DNA of 64,000 nt, taken from contig CM060732.1 in the NCBI GenBank assembly GCA_030704615.1, positions 12,586,001 through 12,650,000 of the forward strand. The letters run 5' to 3'. A program made the translations under genes and the position numbers. Under the pieces are notes generated by a model. It was not told the origin of the DNA and made no database searches. It saw only the letters and a list, made by a program, of their open reading frames with translations. Of the stretch, positions 1 to 12,500 are shown one piece after another (positions within the stretch are counted from its first letter, which is position 1; each line of letters begins with the position of its first letter). This DNA is from Takakia lepidozioides. Taxonomy: Eukaryota; Plantae; Bryophyta.

Positions 1-544
1 GTTCTCCCTTTCGTCGGCTGATTTATAGCAGTCCGTCGCCCTACATCCGTCACTTGTTTTGACGACTGTCATCCATCCCTTTCTCAAAAAAATAATAAAT
101 TACCACTGGTGCATTTAAGCACCGACACCTAGTTAAAGTTTTTAATTAATTTTCCCTAGAGTGTCCATTAATATAACATATAATCTTTTTATTTTAATCC
201 TTCAGATCTGCTCCCTCCACCTGAACGGACCAGATCGAACCACGTGTTTTTCCTCCATCCATTGTCATCCAGAAATCCAGCCCGTAATCCATCCATCCAT
301 GGTTCCATCCGCTGATTTCATCCATTTTCTTTCTTCCTCATAATTTTCATTCATCTGTAACTTTCATCCATCCAAGGACATGACCAACTTAAGTTGGTAC
401 ATGACCAACTTACATTGATACATGAGCCGTTTTAAGTCCTCATGAATGTTGCTCCTCATCCATGTCATTCATCCGTTTGGGAAGTGGGGATCGCTACCCT
501 TGATCAACCAATATCCAGCGGTTCACATTTATCCTTGTTTTCCC

Positions 545-1190
545 ATTAGCTCCCTTTCCCGTGCTATGTTGAGGTCAGGGAGAGGTTCCCATGTTTGAAG
601 TAGCGAGTTGTAGCGTTTGATTGCTTTGAGAGTCGTCTATTGGTGATACTTCCAGTACAAATAGACATATTTGCCCACATTTGCTGAGTCAAAAAGACAT
701 CGATCTTGAATCATTCTTGGCGTTGAAGACTATTCGTTGAGTTCTAAATCATACCTCCATACCATGTAGCCTCTAGGGTATTGTCCGCAAACCAAAAGCT
801 GAGTTCCTATAACTGCCGACTCCTTGTCAGAAACTTCAAAGGTATAATCCACAGGGCAGCCTGGCAGACAACGCCAACGCGTACTAACGGAATCGAACGC
901 CCACCACTTTCGTGCACTTATGAGAGGTTGTACATTGTGTGCAGGACCAGCCAACATGTAAACTCATTCCTCCTAGATTTCTACCCATTTGCGAGTCTCA
1001 AGGACGTCGTTGCGGCCTTTGTCATCAACCACCGCTAGCACATTCTGCCATTTCTTACAACCACCTTTCAACGGTAAATAATAAGAGCGAGGCACCCGTG
1101 CAACGCATTCTAGTGTCACATGGTCTGTCAATCCCGGAATCAAGGAGTTGTCCTTTGACTGGTCCTCCGGCTCTGCCATTGCTAGAATTC
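545..1190 (-). pseudogene. F-box/kelch-repeat protein gene remnant (plant SKIP11/At1g26930-like)
   Basis: F-box motif LIPGLTDHVTLECVARVPRS (ORF 973-1410). Then WWAFD..RWRCLP, SDKESAVIGTQLLVCG and VWRYDL (ORF 730-957). After an in-frame stop come kelch repeats PRMIQDRCLF and RYNSLLQTWEPLPDLN. Frameshifted and truncated near 545. Confidence 0.85.
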
Positions 1191-1729
1191 CAGAGAGTGG
1201 TTGAGATGCGCCAAAGGTGGATGACGTAGCCAGGCACCTTTGCCAACCAGTTGGTATGAGAAGGGGGAGGACAACAGATTGTGTGATCAGAGAGGAAGGC
1301 AGACACACTCCAAATAACAAGAAACCAATCACAGAAAGAAAACCAGGCACATTCAATTGAACAGTAACAAATTTGGCCACAGCCACAGCCTCTTCAGCCA
1401 TAGCTTCCAAGATAGATTATAGATTATGAATTATAATTTGCGGCCAAATAACAAAGCTACATACATACAAATTCCGAAAACAATCTCTCAGCTCAGAAGC
1501 AACTTGTAATTCACATTGCTACATATTTGAGTTACATAACCCAAGGTAGAATTGGACCCCATCCCGATAAGGGAAGTTGCCCGTCAACTATGGATTGGCC
1601 TGCAACATGCCATCTTAGCGATCTTCCATTGCTGCCAGAGCTTCATTGATGCCTTCCAATGCATCCGCAGACAAGGTGAAGACTGCATCCTTGCCTTTGA
1701 CTTGATATGTCGCTGGAGGCATAGCAAAT

Positions 1730-2290
1730 TTGATAGCCCTCACCAAATGCGAATACAGAAATGCAGCCGGCCTCGAGCAGGACCAGTTGCATGAAGCACA
1801 TAAGCAACAGCTATACCAAATGCAGGTGAAGCATGAGGGCAAGTTGCAAGAAGTAAATGCACTACATACGGAGTTGCAGGCAGTACATGAGAGGATGACC
1901 ATACAATGTGCTACACTCACAACTACTCTTGAGCAAACTGCATTAGAAGTTAACAGACAAGGGGAGAGATGTATGAAGGCAGAGGCAGAGATAATCAAGC
2001 AGGCGAAACTCATTGTTGATATGAAGAATACAATCTGTCGCAATGAGAATACTTTCAAGCAATACAGACAGGTTGAGGCTGACCAAGAGAGGTACATCCT
2101 GGAGTTGCAACAAACAGTTATGGTCAATAGAAATGAATTCTCTGTGGCTAACAAGGCTTGGAAGGAAGCCAATAACCTGGCTGCTGCCTATGCGAGTTTG
2201 GTTGAACCTCATGCGAAGCGTATGGAGGCTTTACAGCAGCAGTTAGATGTGTACAGGCTCACCGAGGAGCAGACTCCCAGGGGTTGTTAG
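1730..2290 (+). CDS. Coiled-coil ORF of unknown function, possibly an accessory ORF of a retroelement
   Basis: 186-aa ORF rich in Q/E/L/K/A heptads with no recognisable domain. Element A inserted just after its stop codon. Confidence 0.3.
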   Translation: MIALTKCEYRNAAGLEQDQLHEAHKQQLYQMQVKHEGKLQEVNALHTELQAVHERMTIQCATLTTTLEQTALEVNRQGERCMKAEAEIIKQAKLIVDMKNTICRNENTFKQYRQVEADQERYILELQQTVMVNRNEFSVANKAWKEANNLAAAYASLVEPHAKRMEALQQQLDVYRLTEEQTPRGC

Positions 2291-2325
2291 AAGGCTGCTT
2301 GGGGGGGCTGCTATTTCATGAGCGG

Positions 2326-4149
2326 CAAATTGGGCTGCCATCCGAAGGGTGTACGGGCAAGACCCCAATGTTCCCATGGAAGGCAAGGAGAGATCTTGTG
2401 GGTTCCATTTTCTGCAGAGCCTTTCGCAGTACACAACCAGGCTCGTGGCGCCAGATTTCAGAGAGGAGCACCGTTCCATATGCCTTGCGTGGAAGCGCGC
2501 TCCCACCTTGGATGATGCAGAGACACAGTTTGCATGTATACGGGCTTGGTGGACATCGTCAGGTGCTATAAGGAAATCAGACGAGGGAGCAATGGTCAGT
2601 TGGCTAGCATGGTGGCATTATCGTTTCCTCCAGTTCGGCGACTATATGCGGGAGGTGAGTTGCACGAATTCGCGTCCCGTTGAATATTATTCTTGGCCAT
2701 ATTTGTAACTTGCTTGTAACCTCAACATGTGCTTGTGCAGGAAATGTGTCTCGACTCCGACACCGACATGCCCACGACAAACATGGCCGAATCAGTGCAC
2801 TCTTCCTGGCGTGCCTCCTCTGCGGCGCATCTGGTGGACATCCTCACTGCCACAACGGAGGACATTGTGAGGTCAATTATGCAGCAATGCAGGTACAACG
2901 AGTTCTTGAAAGGGAAACAGTGGGGCTTGGGGCCGGACAGGCAAGAAATGCTGATGCGGACTGCCTCTAGATTGAAGAATCCTCGGAAGTGGGCGGCGGC
3001 CTTGCGAGAGGGCCTTCGGGACACGCCATTGCTGCGAAGAAGCCAACATTTGGAAGGAGATGTTCATACCCGTCCAGTGAGACGAAGACTTGACGAGGCA
3101 CCTGGCGGAGAAGAGGATTCATGGCGAGCTGACAAGAATATTCGCACGCTCCCTCGTGGTCCGGTGATGTTGCCCGAGGAGGTCTCATCGAGCACCGCAA
3201 GTCCTGCACGTTCAAGATCGCCATCTCCTTTGAGCATAGGGCGCGTGCCCCGGCAACATAACGAGCCATCTGTAGTAAAGCAGTACAACATTCCCATTGT
3301 GGAGACAAGAGTGTCGGAGTCACAGTGGAGAATTGCGAGGACATTGTCGGCATTTCGAGGGAAGTGCTGCGCCATCCGGGTGGATACGAGAGCACGCTAT
3401 GGTGAGATGAACCCACACGGTGCTGTACCTACACCTTGTTTCAGCGGCAGATTTTTGACTCCCACATTTGCTCACGCCACAACGCAGACATTTTGGTTCT
3501 GTAGGCACGACATAATGACCTGTGTATTTGGCAAGCCCAAGTACGGGATTCAGGGAATGCCGGAGCCTCCGGGCGTCTGGCCTGTTGCACCGGGTTGCAG
3601 CCTCTCTCAGAATGAGGCGGATGCTCTATCTGCAGCAGGATTTCGAATGGTGCAACGCACAGACATCCGGCCCACGCATTTCCGGTTCCTCAGACCCAGT
3701 CATTACAGACTGCTCGGTCCAGTAGAGACGGATTGGACAATTTTGCACATCCCACAATGCAATTCGGAAGAGTGAAGAGACGACACCCTCCCAACAAGTT
3801 GAATGAGACTCGGATTGCCAATGCTCTTGGGATGGCTTGCACTATTCAGAGCTCCGTGGACGTACCCCCACCCGGCCTTGGGCGTGTGTATCGGATGGCA
3901 ACGGCCGGCTCGGCTGTACGCGACGATGTATACACAATTACGATTGGAGTGGAGCCGACTTGCAATTGTACGGACTTCTCGTTGATGGAAGCAAAGAAGG
4001 GTTCGAAGTATTATCCGTGCAAGCATCTGTATTACATTTACCTGAAGAGGTTGAGGATGAACGTGACTATTGATGACTTTATTCATGCACCGGCGTTGAG
4101 CGTGAACGAGCTGCACAAACTCCTCCTTAGGGATTCCAGAAATCATTGA
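2326..4149 (+). pseudogene. 3' half of MULE-type DDE transposase with SWIM zinc finger
   Basis: ANWAAIRRVYG...RSCGFH (CxxH), GT-AG intron 2655-2740, TTNMAES (catalytic E region) and C-terminal SWIM CNCTDF...PCKHLYY. Frameshift near 3700. The 5' part is missing. Confidence 0.85.
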
Positions 4150-4299
4150 TGGGGCAAAGGGAATCCTCCATATGGATATTTTCAATTGCATTTTGCTGTA
4201 TCAGACTTTTTTTTGCAGTGTAATGAAATGCACCCCAAAACTCCTGGAATGAGGCAATATTCCATTCAAACTGAGATCCAACAGAAGCAGTTGTGGGGC

Positions 4300-4690
4300 C
4301 ATTTCTGGAAAAATGGCGCCGAATTTCTCTTTTTGGGGCCGAAAACTGGCTAAGTCCCAACATGCACTGGTACCTGTGTCTGGGAAAATGGCGCCGAATT
4401 TCTCTTTTTTGGGCCGAAAATTGGCTAAGTCCCAACATGCACTGGTACCGTGTCTGGAAAAATGGCGCCGAATTTCTCTTTTTTGGGCCGAAAATTGGCT
4501 AAGTCCCAACATGCACTGGTACAGTGTCTGGAAAAATGGCGCCGAATTTCCCTATTTTGCGCCGAAAACTGGCCAAGTCCGAACATGCACTGGAAAAATG
4601 GCGCCGAATTACCTGTCATGAGGGGATCTATAGCCGCGGGATTCGGCACCATTTTTCGCCAGAGAGACCTATTACCGCGAAATTCGGCGC
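4300..4690. repeat. Subterminal ~74-bp tandem repeat of element A carrying a GGCGCC-core quasi-palindrome
   Basis: About 4 units of GGAAAAATGGCGCCGAATTTC...GGCTAAGTCCCAACATGCACTGG starting near 4306, 4381, 4455 and 4528, plus degenerate copies. Confidence 0.9.
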
Positions 4691-5051
4691 CATATTTGCA
4701 CATGTCGCTGGGAATTGGCATGAGCGGAAGACGAAATATCATGAGCACAACTGTCAAAACGGCAATTTTCCCTTCAAGGGGCCGAATAATATATTTGTTT
4801 TTCCTGACACATTGCATTAAATTATTGTTTTTTATTGTTTTTTATTTTCGAAATTTGTACTTCTGCTCATGAAAACCGATTGTCTTACTACTCCGCTCAT
4901 GCCGCTCATGCCGCTCATGCTCATGAAATAGCAAACCTCCTGCTTGGGACTTAGACACTTTTACGGGATCTGTGGGATACCCTTAATTTTTACACAGACT
5001 GAGACCAATAGGAGCCTTAGGGGTGACAACAACAGGCTTTAGGAGGGGAGA

Positions 5052-5305
5052 TACACAGCCCAACACAGTCCAACACAGCCAATACAGTCAGTCACAGCCG
5101 ACACAGCCCGTCACAGTCCGACACAGCCGACACAGCCCAAACAGCCCGTCACAGTCCGACACAGCCCGTCACAGTCCAACACAGCCCGACACAGCCCGTC
5201 ACAGCTCGACACATCCGCCACAGCTTCGCACAGCCCTACACAGCCCGACACAGCCAGTCACAGTCCGCCACAGCCTTACACAGTCAGTCACAGCTTCGCA
5301 CAGCT
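5052..5305. repeat. 10-bp minisatellite (ACACAGCCCG/TCACAGTCCG), possibly the start of an LTR or leader
   Basis: About 25 degenerate 10-mers with a CACAG core, directly after a purine tract (AGGAGGGGAGA, 5041-5051). Confidence 0.85.
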
Positions 5306-5868
5306 GGGAAACACTTATCAATGGCAGGGAACGACTGTGAGGGAACGACATCTGCAAAAGGAACGTGTACTACAGGGATGACGGTTAGTTAGGAAAGCGG
5401 TTAGAATAGCTTGTAGGGGGATAAAGTCAAGAACAGGGACTTCTGGGGGATCACTTCTGGAAGGACTTCTGGGGGGGGGTCACTACTTCTGGGAGGACTT
5501 CTGGCATCACTGGGGGGAAATGAAGTGGGAGCACATCTCTGAGTAAAAAGGAGGGAGAGCACGGAGTAGGAGGAGAACGATCTGTTGATGCTTGATGAAT
5601 GCAAGCAGTAGAATTGTAATGTAGAGCAGATTAGAGACTCCATGGCTTCAGCCTGATACTTGATAGATATTAATCTGATACATACTTCATACTCACACTG
5701 TGTAGAGATATCTGAGTGAAGCTGTGGAATGAATGGATGAGTTGATGGAATCCGATAAATTGCTGAAGCAATCTGATACTTAAATACCAACAGTAAGGTA
5801 ACTAGCTAACATGAATACGGGAAGGAATACAAATAGGAAACACCCCCATGATACACTAGCTGTAGGTC

Positions 5869-6564
5869 ATGACTGATTGTTCTGAGCGGGCTGAGTGCTT
5901 AGAGATTTCCAACTCTTCTATCTTGGAGTTCCCACCTCGGATAGCGAAGGGATGGGTGAGTAAAAGCCGCGCGACATTTGGCGACCATACTGGGGAACTG
6001 GGTCATGAACAACCAGATGTGACAGGCATCTGGTGGGATCATGGTGGATGGAGAATTAAAGAATTTGATGTGAATCAAATTCCCTGTGAAACTGAGAAGG
6101 AAAGATTGTCCAAACGATTCTTTCAGAGGTTCTTGGAATTGCCAGACGGTTGTAAAGAAAACATTCTTAAGAGAGTGCATGATGCTGACCCTGAGTGGGG
6201 TCTGGAGAAAGGAGTGATAAAGATTTATCAGGTGGCCTGTAGAGGAAGAGCACGTTGGTTACCAACACTGGTTTATGTGATAGCATTGCTATCCATTAAG
6301 CGAGTAGAGTTTGAAGGCTGGGAGGAAAGAAAGGTGAATGTTTATACTCATATGCATGAAGAGCTTGTACTGGTAAAGAATTGGATTCCAAAGGATATTT
6401 TGTGGATCAAACTCACACCAAGAACAGCTTTCCAGACTTGTTTGCCATATGGTTATATGGTAACGGAGACTTCTAGTATAGCCAAGGGTGCATTGAAGCT
6501 TGAAAGAAACCCAGGCATATACGAGAGATATTACAGAAGAGAGTTTTGGTTATTGCCACATTAA
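5869..6564 (+). CDS. Extra 5' ORF upstream of gag, unknown function
   Basis: Uninterrupted 231-aa ATG-started ORF, co-oriented with gag and of similar purine-rich composition. No recognisable domain. Confidence 0.45.
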   Translation: MTDCSERAECLEISNSSILEFPPRIAKGWVSKSRATFGDHTGELGHEQPDVTGIWWDHGGWRIKEFDVNQIPCETEKERLSKRFFQRFLELPDGCKENILKRVHDADPEWGLEKGVIKIYQVACRGRARWLPTLVYVIALLSIKRVEFEGWEERKVNVYTHMHEELVLVKNWIPKDILWIKLTPRTAFQTCLPYGYMVTETSSIAKGALKLERNPGIYERYYRREFWLLPH

Positions 6565-6584
6565 AAGAATGAAAGACATGGGAC

Positions 6585-7001
6585 ATGAGTGATGAAAGAG
6601 AAGCTAGACGGCAGAGACATTCAGCAAAAAGAGAAAGCTATCTGAAAGCTAATTATCCATATCTTTGGGAGAGAGGAATAGACATAGGGGAATCATCTGG
6701 ACCTCTCACACCATTAAGATCAGAGAGTACATCACCCATACCAGAAGAACTAGAGTTGGATGCCACTCCTTCTTTTTCTTTGCAAGAAAGATTAAGGGAA
6801 TTGGTACGGGAAGAAGATCAACCACGAGGTGAACGATCTGAGGTACATCCCTGGATAAAAGATTTGACAGAAATCTTTGATAAGAGTTGGCATGGAACAC
6901 CAAAAGCAGGAACTCCAGTTTCTGAAACGGAAGGTGAAGAAGGAGGAGAGGATGTGGCAGAGCCAATGGAGAGTTCAGACTCTCCAACACCATTTACATG
7001 A
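6585..7001 (+). CDS. Second extra 5' ORF (acidic), stop overlaps the gag start
   Basis: 138-aa ORF whose TGA (6999-7001) overlaps the ATG at 6998 (ATGA). Confidence 0.4.
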   Translation: MSDEREARRQRHSAKRESYLKANYPYLWERGIDIGESSGPLTPLRSESTSPIPEELELDATPSFSLQERLRELVREEDQPRGERSEVHPWIKDLTEIFDKSWHGTPKAGTPVSETEGEEGGEDVAEPMESSDSPTPFT

Positions 7002-10000
7002 GTGAAGAAGAAACCCAAGGGCAGAACTTCGAGGATGAAAACAGAGGGAAGAAATTGGAAGAGGAAGAGTATGAAGAAGTAGACCCAACAGCTGAGGTTG
7101 AGACTACAACCAGGACATCCCAACCCGTTGGACCTGGATCAAGTGGAGCACTTGGACCACAGGCCAACGAAGGTGTCGGCTCAGGAGGATCAGGCGGGCT
7201 GCCTGGATCTGGCTCTGGGGGGACAGGGAGTGTGGGAAGTAGTGCAACTGGAGCTGGGAATACTGTGAATATCGTGGGGCCGGTAGCAGGGAGTGCTCAA
7301 GGGCCACCACTTGGTGGAAGATCCACCACAACTACAACAGGTCCTAAAGGACCAGCACCAGCAAGGGTGCCAGCACCTGTCAGTGGGCAGAAGGTAGGGC
7401 CACAGATGGCGTTACAACCAACACGGGCAAAACCACATTTTCCAATATATTCAGGAAAGGGGATCCCGATGTACACATAAGCCAATTCGAGCACATGTGT
7501 ATAGTGAACAATGAGAATGGCGATGATGCCAAAATAAGATTGTTTCCTTGTTCACTTATCAAGAAAGCAAGTGAATGGTATGCAAGATTCCCTGATAATC
7601 ATTTCCTAACCTGGAATGGCTTGAATACAACATTCCGAAATAGGTTCAGGACAAGTAAAACTAAGGATGAAGTGTATGGAAGTTTACAACAGTTAAAGCA
7701 AAAGAAGCATGAAACTGTTGAGGAGTATATGGGAAAGATGGAATTGATGATGAAAAAGGTGGCAGGTTTACAGAAGACTTGGTTTGTGAGTGGACTAAGA
7801 CTAGAGTTGCAGAAGAAAGTGGATATGTTACCCCATAATACAGTGGAGGAAGCATTTGAAACTGCAAACAGATTTGAGCAATTGGGAATGCTCAGGAGAG
7901 AGAAAAGGGATGATGAGGACTCTGAGGATGAGTCAGATGAAGAAAAAGAGCAAGAACTAAAAAGGAAGAGTAAGAGAAAGGAGAAGTTGAAGAGGGATAA
8001 CTATGAGAAAAGATTAGAAGAAATCTTGAAGAAGTATGCCACAGAGGCTGCAACACATTGGAGGAAGGGTGTTTGGTGTGCAAAGTGCCAGAATGAAGGC
8101 CATACCACAGCTGAATGCCACATGAAGGAGAAACAATGTACTATCTGTAAAATGGATAACCATTCTACTGAGAATTGTTACTACAACAGAAGGACAGCTG
8201 CAAGAGAACCTAGGCAAGTAAGGGTGCATCAAGTGCAGCCCCAGCCAAGAAGAAACAGTGATCAGGACCACTATGGTAGGCCTGGTGGTTATAACAATGG
8301 CATGGAAGGGAGAGGTAATTCAAGAGGGAATTACCAAGGAGATTCCAGAGGCAACTATCAGGGTAATTCAAGGGGGAATTACCAGCCAGGGAATCAGGAT
8401 TACAGAAATAATCCAAGAGCAGACCAAGGGCGAGGACCCAATGGTGAAGAACTGTGTTACTATTGTAATCAGCCAGGACATCGCAAGGCAGCCTGTTCAT
8501 TCTGGATTAGACACCAGAATGAGATGAAAGTTCTTGTGAATGAGGGCCCAGTGGTGGCAGCTCACATGGTTAGGCCATGTGTTGTACCAGAAGTAAGTAC
8601 AATGATAGTAACAAGAAGCAAAGCCAAACTAATACCTCCAGTAGTTGAGGAAGATGATGATAATGAAGGTGGCAGTGATATGCCTGAAGATGATGAGGCT
8701 TGGAGAGATGAGAAGGAACTGCACAAGGAAGTGACAGATACCATAAGGGAAATGCAGAAGCGTACTGATATTCCTGTGGCAGATTCCTCTGATTCTGATG
8801 GAGAAGAAGAAGTGAGTGAGGATGAAAGGAAGAAAGAAGTTGCAGACATGCAAAGTAATGAAGGGACTTTGGCTGAAGTAATATGCCAGACCAAAGCAGA
8901 GATTACCATTGGACAGCTATTGGCTGTAGCACCTTATTGTAGACACAGGCTGTATCAAGCAATCAATCGAATTGCCCAGGAGACAGGAAACACAGACCTG
9001 AACAGCAAGGTGACCAGTTATAATGTGAAGCCGGAAGGGCGAGAAACAGTCATGGGCTTTGATGATTCTATGCCAGTAATCCAATTGAGAATTGGAAGCA
9101 CAGAACTAACTGATGTACTGATAGATGGAGGCTCTGGAGTAAATATCATGACAGACCAATTAAGAAAGAAGCTTGGTCTAAGTAACATGAAACCAGCCCC
9201 ATTTACAGTAACAATGGCAGATCAAAGAAGTGTACAGCCATTGGGATTGATAAGAGGAGTTAAGATACAGATACAGAAGATGATCTTTATGATCACAGTA
9301 ACTGTGTTGAAGATGGATGAAGTCATGGAGGCTTACTCCTTATTATTGGGATGTCTATGGCTGAAACAGGCCAGGGTATTCCATGACTGGAATTCTCAGT
9401 TACTAACCGTGCATAATGGGATACAAATTACCACAAAGAAATCTAGTAGATTACCTGCTACGAGAAGTCCTCGCCAGTCAGAGAGTATGATTGGAGAGGA
9501 GGACTGGATGTGGAGCAGGAAGCTACCCTGTTCGCTGCACACCCAGAGTGGGAGCAGGTTGCAGAGATGCGGCTGGAAGGCCTAAGTTGTTTAAGAGGTA
9601 TCTGCTGTGGTGTAGTGTCAGAAAAACACCAATTGAAGAGGAAACCAACAGTTACCCATCACATTTCTATGAAGAAAGAGAAGAAGAAATGGAAATCCTA
9701 GAGGAACCAGCCACTGTAAGTTTACAGGATGAAGTGGTGACTGGTTGGACAATCACAGCTGATGAGCAGGTGAGGGAAGTGAATGTGGGAACTGAAGAGG
9801 AACCGAGGATGGTGAAGGTAGGAGCTGATTTGGAGCCAGAATTCTTTGAAGAAGCTAAGAGTTTGTTCATCAAATACAGAGATGTATTTGCTTGGAGCTA
9901 TGAGGATCTAAAAGGGATACCACCTGAAATCTGTCAGCATAAGATGAACTGGAACCAGGGTCAGTCCAATCAAGCAGGCAAGGTACAGAATGAATCCCAA

Positions 10001-11998
10001 CTATGCACAGAAGGTTGGAGAAGAGATCAAGAAGTTGGCTGAGGCTAAGTTTATATACCCGATAGAGTATACGACTTGGTTGTCACCCATTGTGATAGTT
10101 CCTAAGAAGAATGGGAAACTAAGAGTTTGTGTGAACTACAAGAAGCTGAATGCTTGTACGAAGAAATATCCTTTCCCTTTGTCATTCACAGAAGCAGTAT
10201 TGGACACTGTGGCAGGCCATGAGATGTACTCATTCATGGATGGCTTCAGTGGTTATAATCAAGTGCAAGTGGCAGAAGAAGATCAAGGAAAGACAGCTTT
10301 AATCACAGACTGGGGTGCTTATGCATACAAAGTCATGCCCTTTGGACTTTGTAATGCACCAGCAACCTTTCAGAGAGTGATAAGTGAATCTTTTCATGAG
10401 TATCTGGATGATTTCATGCAGGTGTTCTTGGATGATTTCAGTGTGTACAGCTCTAAGAATGAGCACTTGCATAAATTGGAGTTATGTCTGGCCAGATGCA
10501 GAATGAGAGGTCTGGGCCTGAATCCAGAGAAGTGTACTTTCTGTGTGAACTCAGGGGTGCTTCTGGGACACATTGTGTGTAAGAGGGGACTTCTTATGGA
10601 TCCCAGGAAGACAGAGGCCATTAAAGCCTCTCCACCACCAGTAAATGCTAAGAGTCTAAGGAGATTCCTTGGACAAACCAGTTATTACAGAAGGTTTGTC
10701 AGACGGTATGCACAGATAGCAGCACCATTGAGCAAGCTTCTGAAGAAAGATGTAGTGTTTACATGGACAGCTGAATGTCAACAGGCTTTTGATGAACTTA
10801 CATTGTCAGTAACAACTACACCTGTGCTGATTAATCCTCACTGGCAGGAAATATTTCATGTTCACTGTGATGCTTCAGGAGAAGCACTGGGAGCAGTGTT
10901 AGCCTAAAATGTTACGGGAATGATAGATTCACCTGTGTACTATGCTAGCCGATTGATGAACAATGCCGAAAGAAATTATAGCACAACGGAAAGAGAAGCA
11001 TTGGCAATGATCTATGCAATGAAGAAATTCAGGCATTACTTGTTGGGCAAGAAGTTTATGTTTTATGTGGATCACCAGGCTCTGATATACCTGGTAAACA
11101 AACCTCTGATAAGCGGAAGAATAGCAAGATGGTTGATAATCTTGCACGAGTTTGAGTTCGAGGTTGTTTACAAGCCTGGGAGGCTGCATCTTGTGGCGGA
11201 TCACTTGTCACGGTTATCAACAGGAGAACCAGCCACGGGATTAGATGATCAATTACCAGATGCGAGTCTATTTGCAGTGGAGGTGCATGGAAGTGCAGAT
11301 GACTGGTTAGATTGGCAGTGGCCAATCAGATACTACCTTGCTCATGGTCAGTGCCCACCAAGTTATGGAAAGGAGCAGAGAAAGAGAATTGTTATCAAGG
11401 CTCTACCTTACACTATGGTAGGGAGCAGATTGTATAAGCTAGGACCAGATGGAGTGCTGAAACGATGCTTATACCACCATGAAGTTAATAAAGTTTTGGA
11501 GGAAGTTCATAGACTACCAGTAGGAAGATACTACATGCCGGTTACTGGTGGCCTACTTTGCTCAAAGATGTACACAAGTATTGTTAGAGTTGTGATGAAT
11601 GTCAGAGGCTAGGACCTTTACAGAGATCTGGGAAGATGGCTTTGCATCCTACAATGCCTACGGAACCATTTCAGAAATGGGGACTAGACTTTGTTGGACC
11701 AATTAACCCACCAGCCAAGAATACACAGAACAGGTACATAATTACAGCCACTGATTATACTACGAAGTGGGTGGAAGCTAAAGCTTTGAGGGACAACACA
11801 GCCAAGTCTACAGCAAGGTTCCTGTATGAGAACATACTTACACGATTTGGCTGTCCCTTGGAATTTATCAGTGATCAGGGAAGTCACTTCATTAATGAGA
11901 CCATTGAATTATTGACTAAAGAGTTCATGATTGTGCATAGGAAGAGTACAACGTATTACCCACAGGGTAATGGGCAGGCAGAGGCTACCAACAAAATA
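6998..11998 (+). pseudogene. gag-pol polyprotein of G1 (gag with 3 CCHC knuckles, aspartic protease, RT, RNase H, integrase)
   Basis: Gag core KIRLFPCSL..ASEWY; CCHC knuckles CAKCQNEGHTTAEC, CTICKMDNHSTENC, CYYCNQPGHRKAAC; protease LIDGGSGVN; RT MPFGLCNAPATFQR and FLDD; RH DAS..ALGAVL, YSTTERE, DHLSR; INT WGLDFVG, SDQGSHF, PQGNGQAE. Several frameshifts and stops (~7460, ~9470, ~9950, 10905, ~11510). Confidence 0.95.
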
Positions 11999-12500
11999 CA
12001 CTACAACAGATTGCGGCTTTTACGACTCCCATGGGTGCGCAGTCATGACAAATTTGTGGCAGAAATGCCATTTGCAGTCGTAAAATGCTTTTGAAGTCAT
12101 AATGCAGGTCTGGGGAAGGCGTATATGCGACTGCATGGCTCCGGACTCTGCGGAACACAGGTCAAACATGTTTGACCACGAATATTGGCATGGCAGATAT
12201 GACTACCAGTCACGGTCATGGCTACACTAGAATGACGTGTGTATATTGCTAGAAAGACATATGACTTCATGACTCTCACTCTAATGCATTCTGCCAGATC
12301 ATCACATGGATGAATCACTACATGACTGCACATGTCAACACATGCTTTTCTAGTTATATATATAATATATGAGTATTTATATTTTGAAAAAACGGAGAAT
12401 CTGACCACTAGAATCAATTTAAAAAAAAAACAAAATGCAATTTTTTTTAAAAAAAAAAACACATCGGCTGGTAAGTGCATAGTGTGTCGCCCTGGTGGTT
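11999..12500 (+). mobile_element. Left terminus of a CACTA (En/Spm) DNA transposon inserted in the G1 integrase
   Basis: Integrase homology stops at EATNK and is followed at once by CACTACAACAGA at 11999. Candidate 3-bp TSD is ATA (11996-11998). The right end is not found in the window and the internal extent is uncertain. Confidence 0.6.

Larger units (their letters stand above)
2303..4939 (+). mobile_element. Element A: internally deleted MULE-like TIR DNA transposon
   Basis: Left end GGGGGCTGCTATTTCATGAGC (2303) and right end GCTCATGAAATAGCAAACCTC (4939) form imperfect TIRs. Flanked by direct repeat CTGCTTGG at 2295-2302 and 4940-4947. Contains the 3' half of the transposase. Confidence 0.9.
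5050..11998 (+). mobile_element. Ty3/Gypsy LTR retrotransposon G1 (non-chromoviral type), truncated in integrase
   Basis: Domain order gag-PR-RT-RH-INT. The left boundary/LTR is uncertain. The right end is cut by a CACTA-type terminus at 11999. Confidence 0.85.

Noticed and set aside
1-540. CATCC-rich stretch with short ATGACCAACTT repeats
   Set aside because: Probably part of another repeat, but there are no termini or coding signal to classify it.
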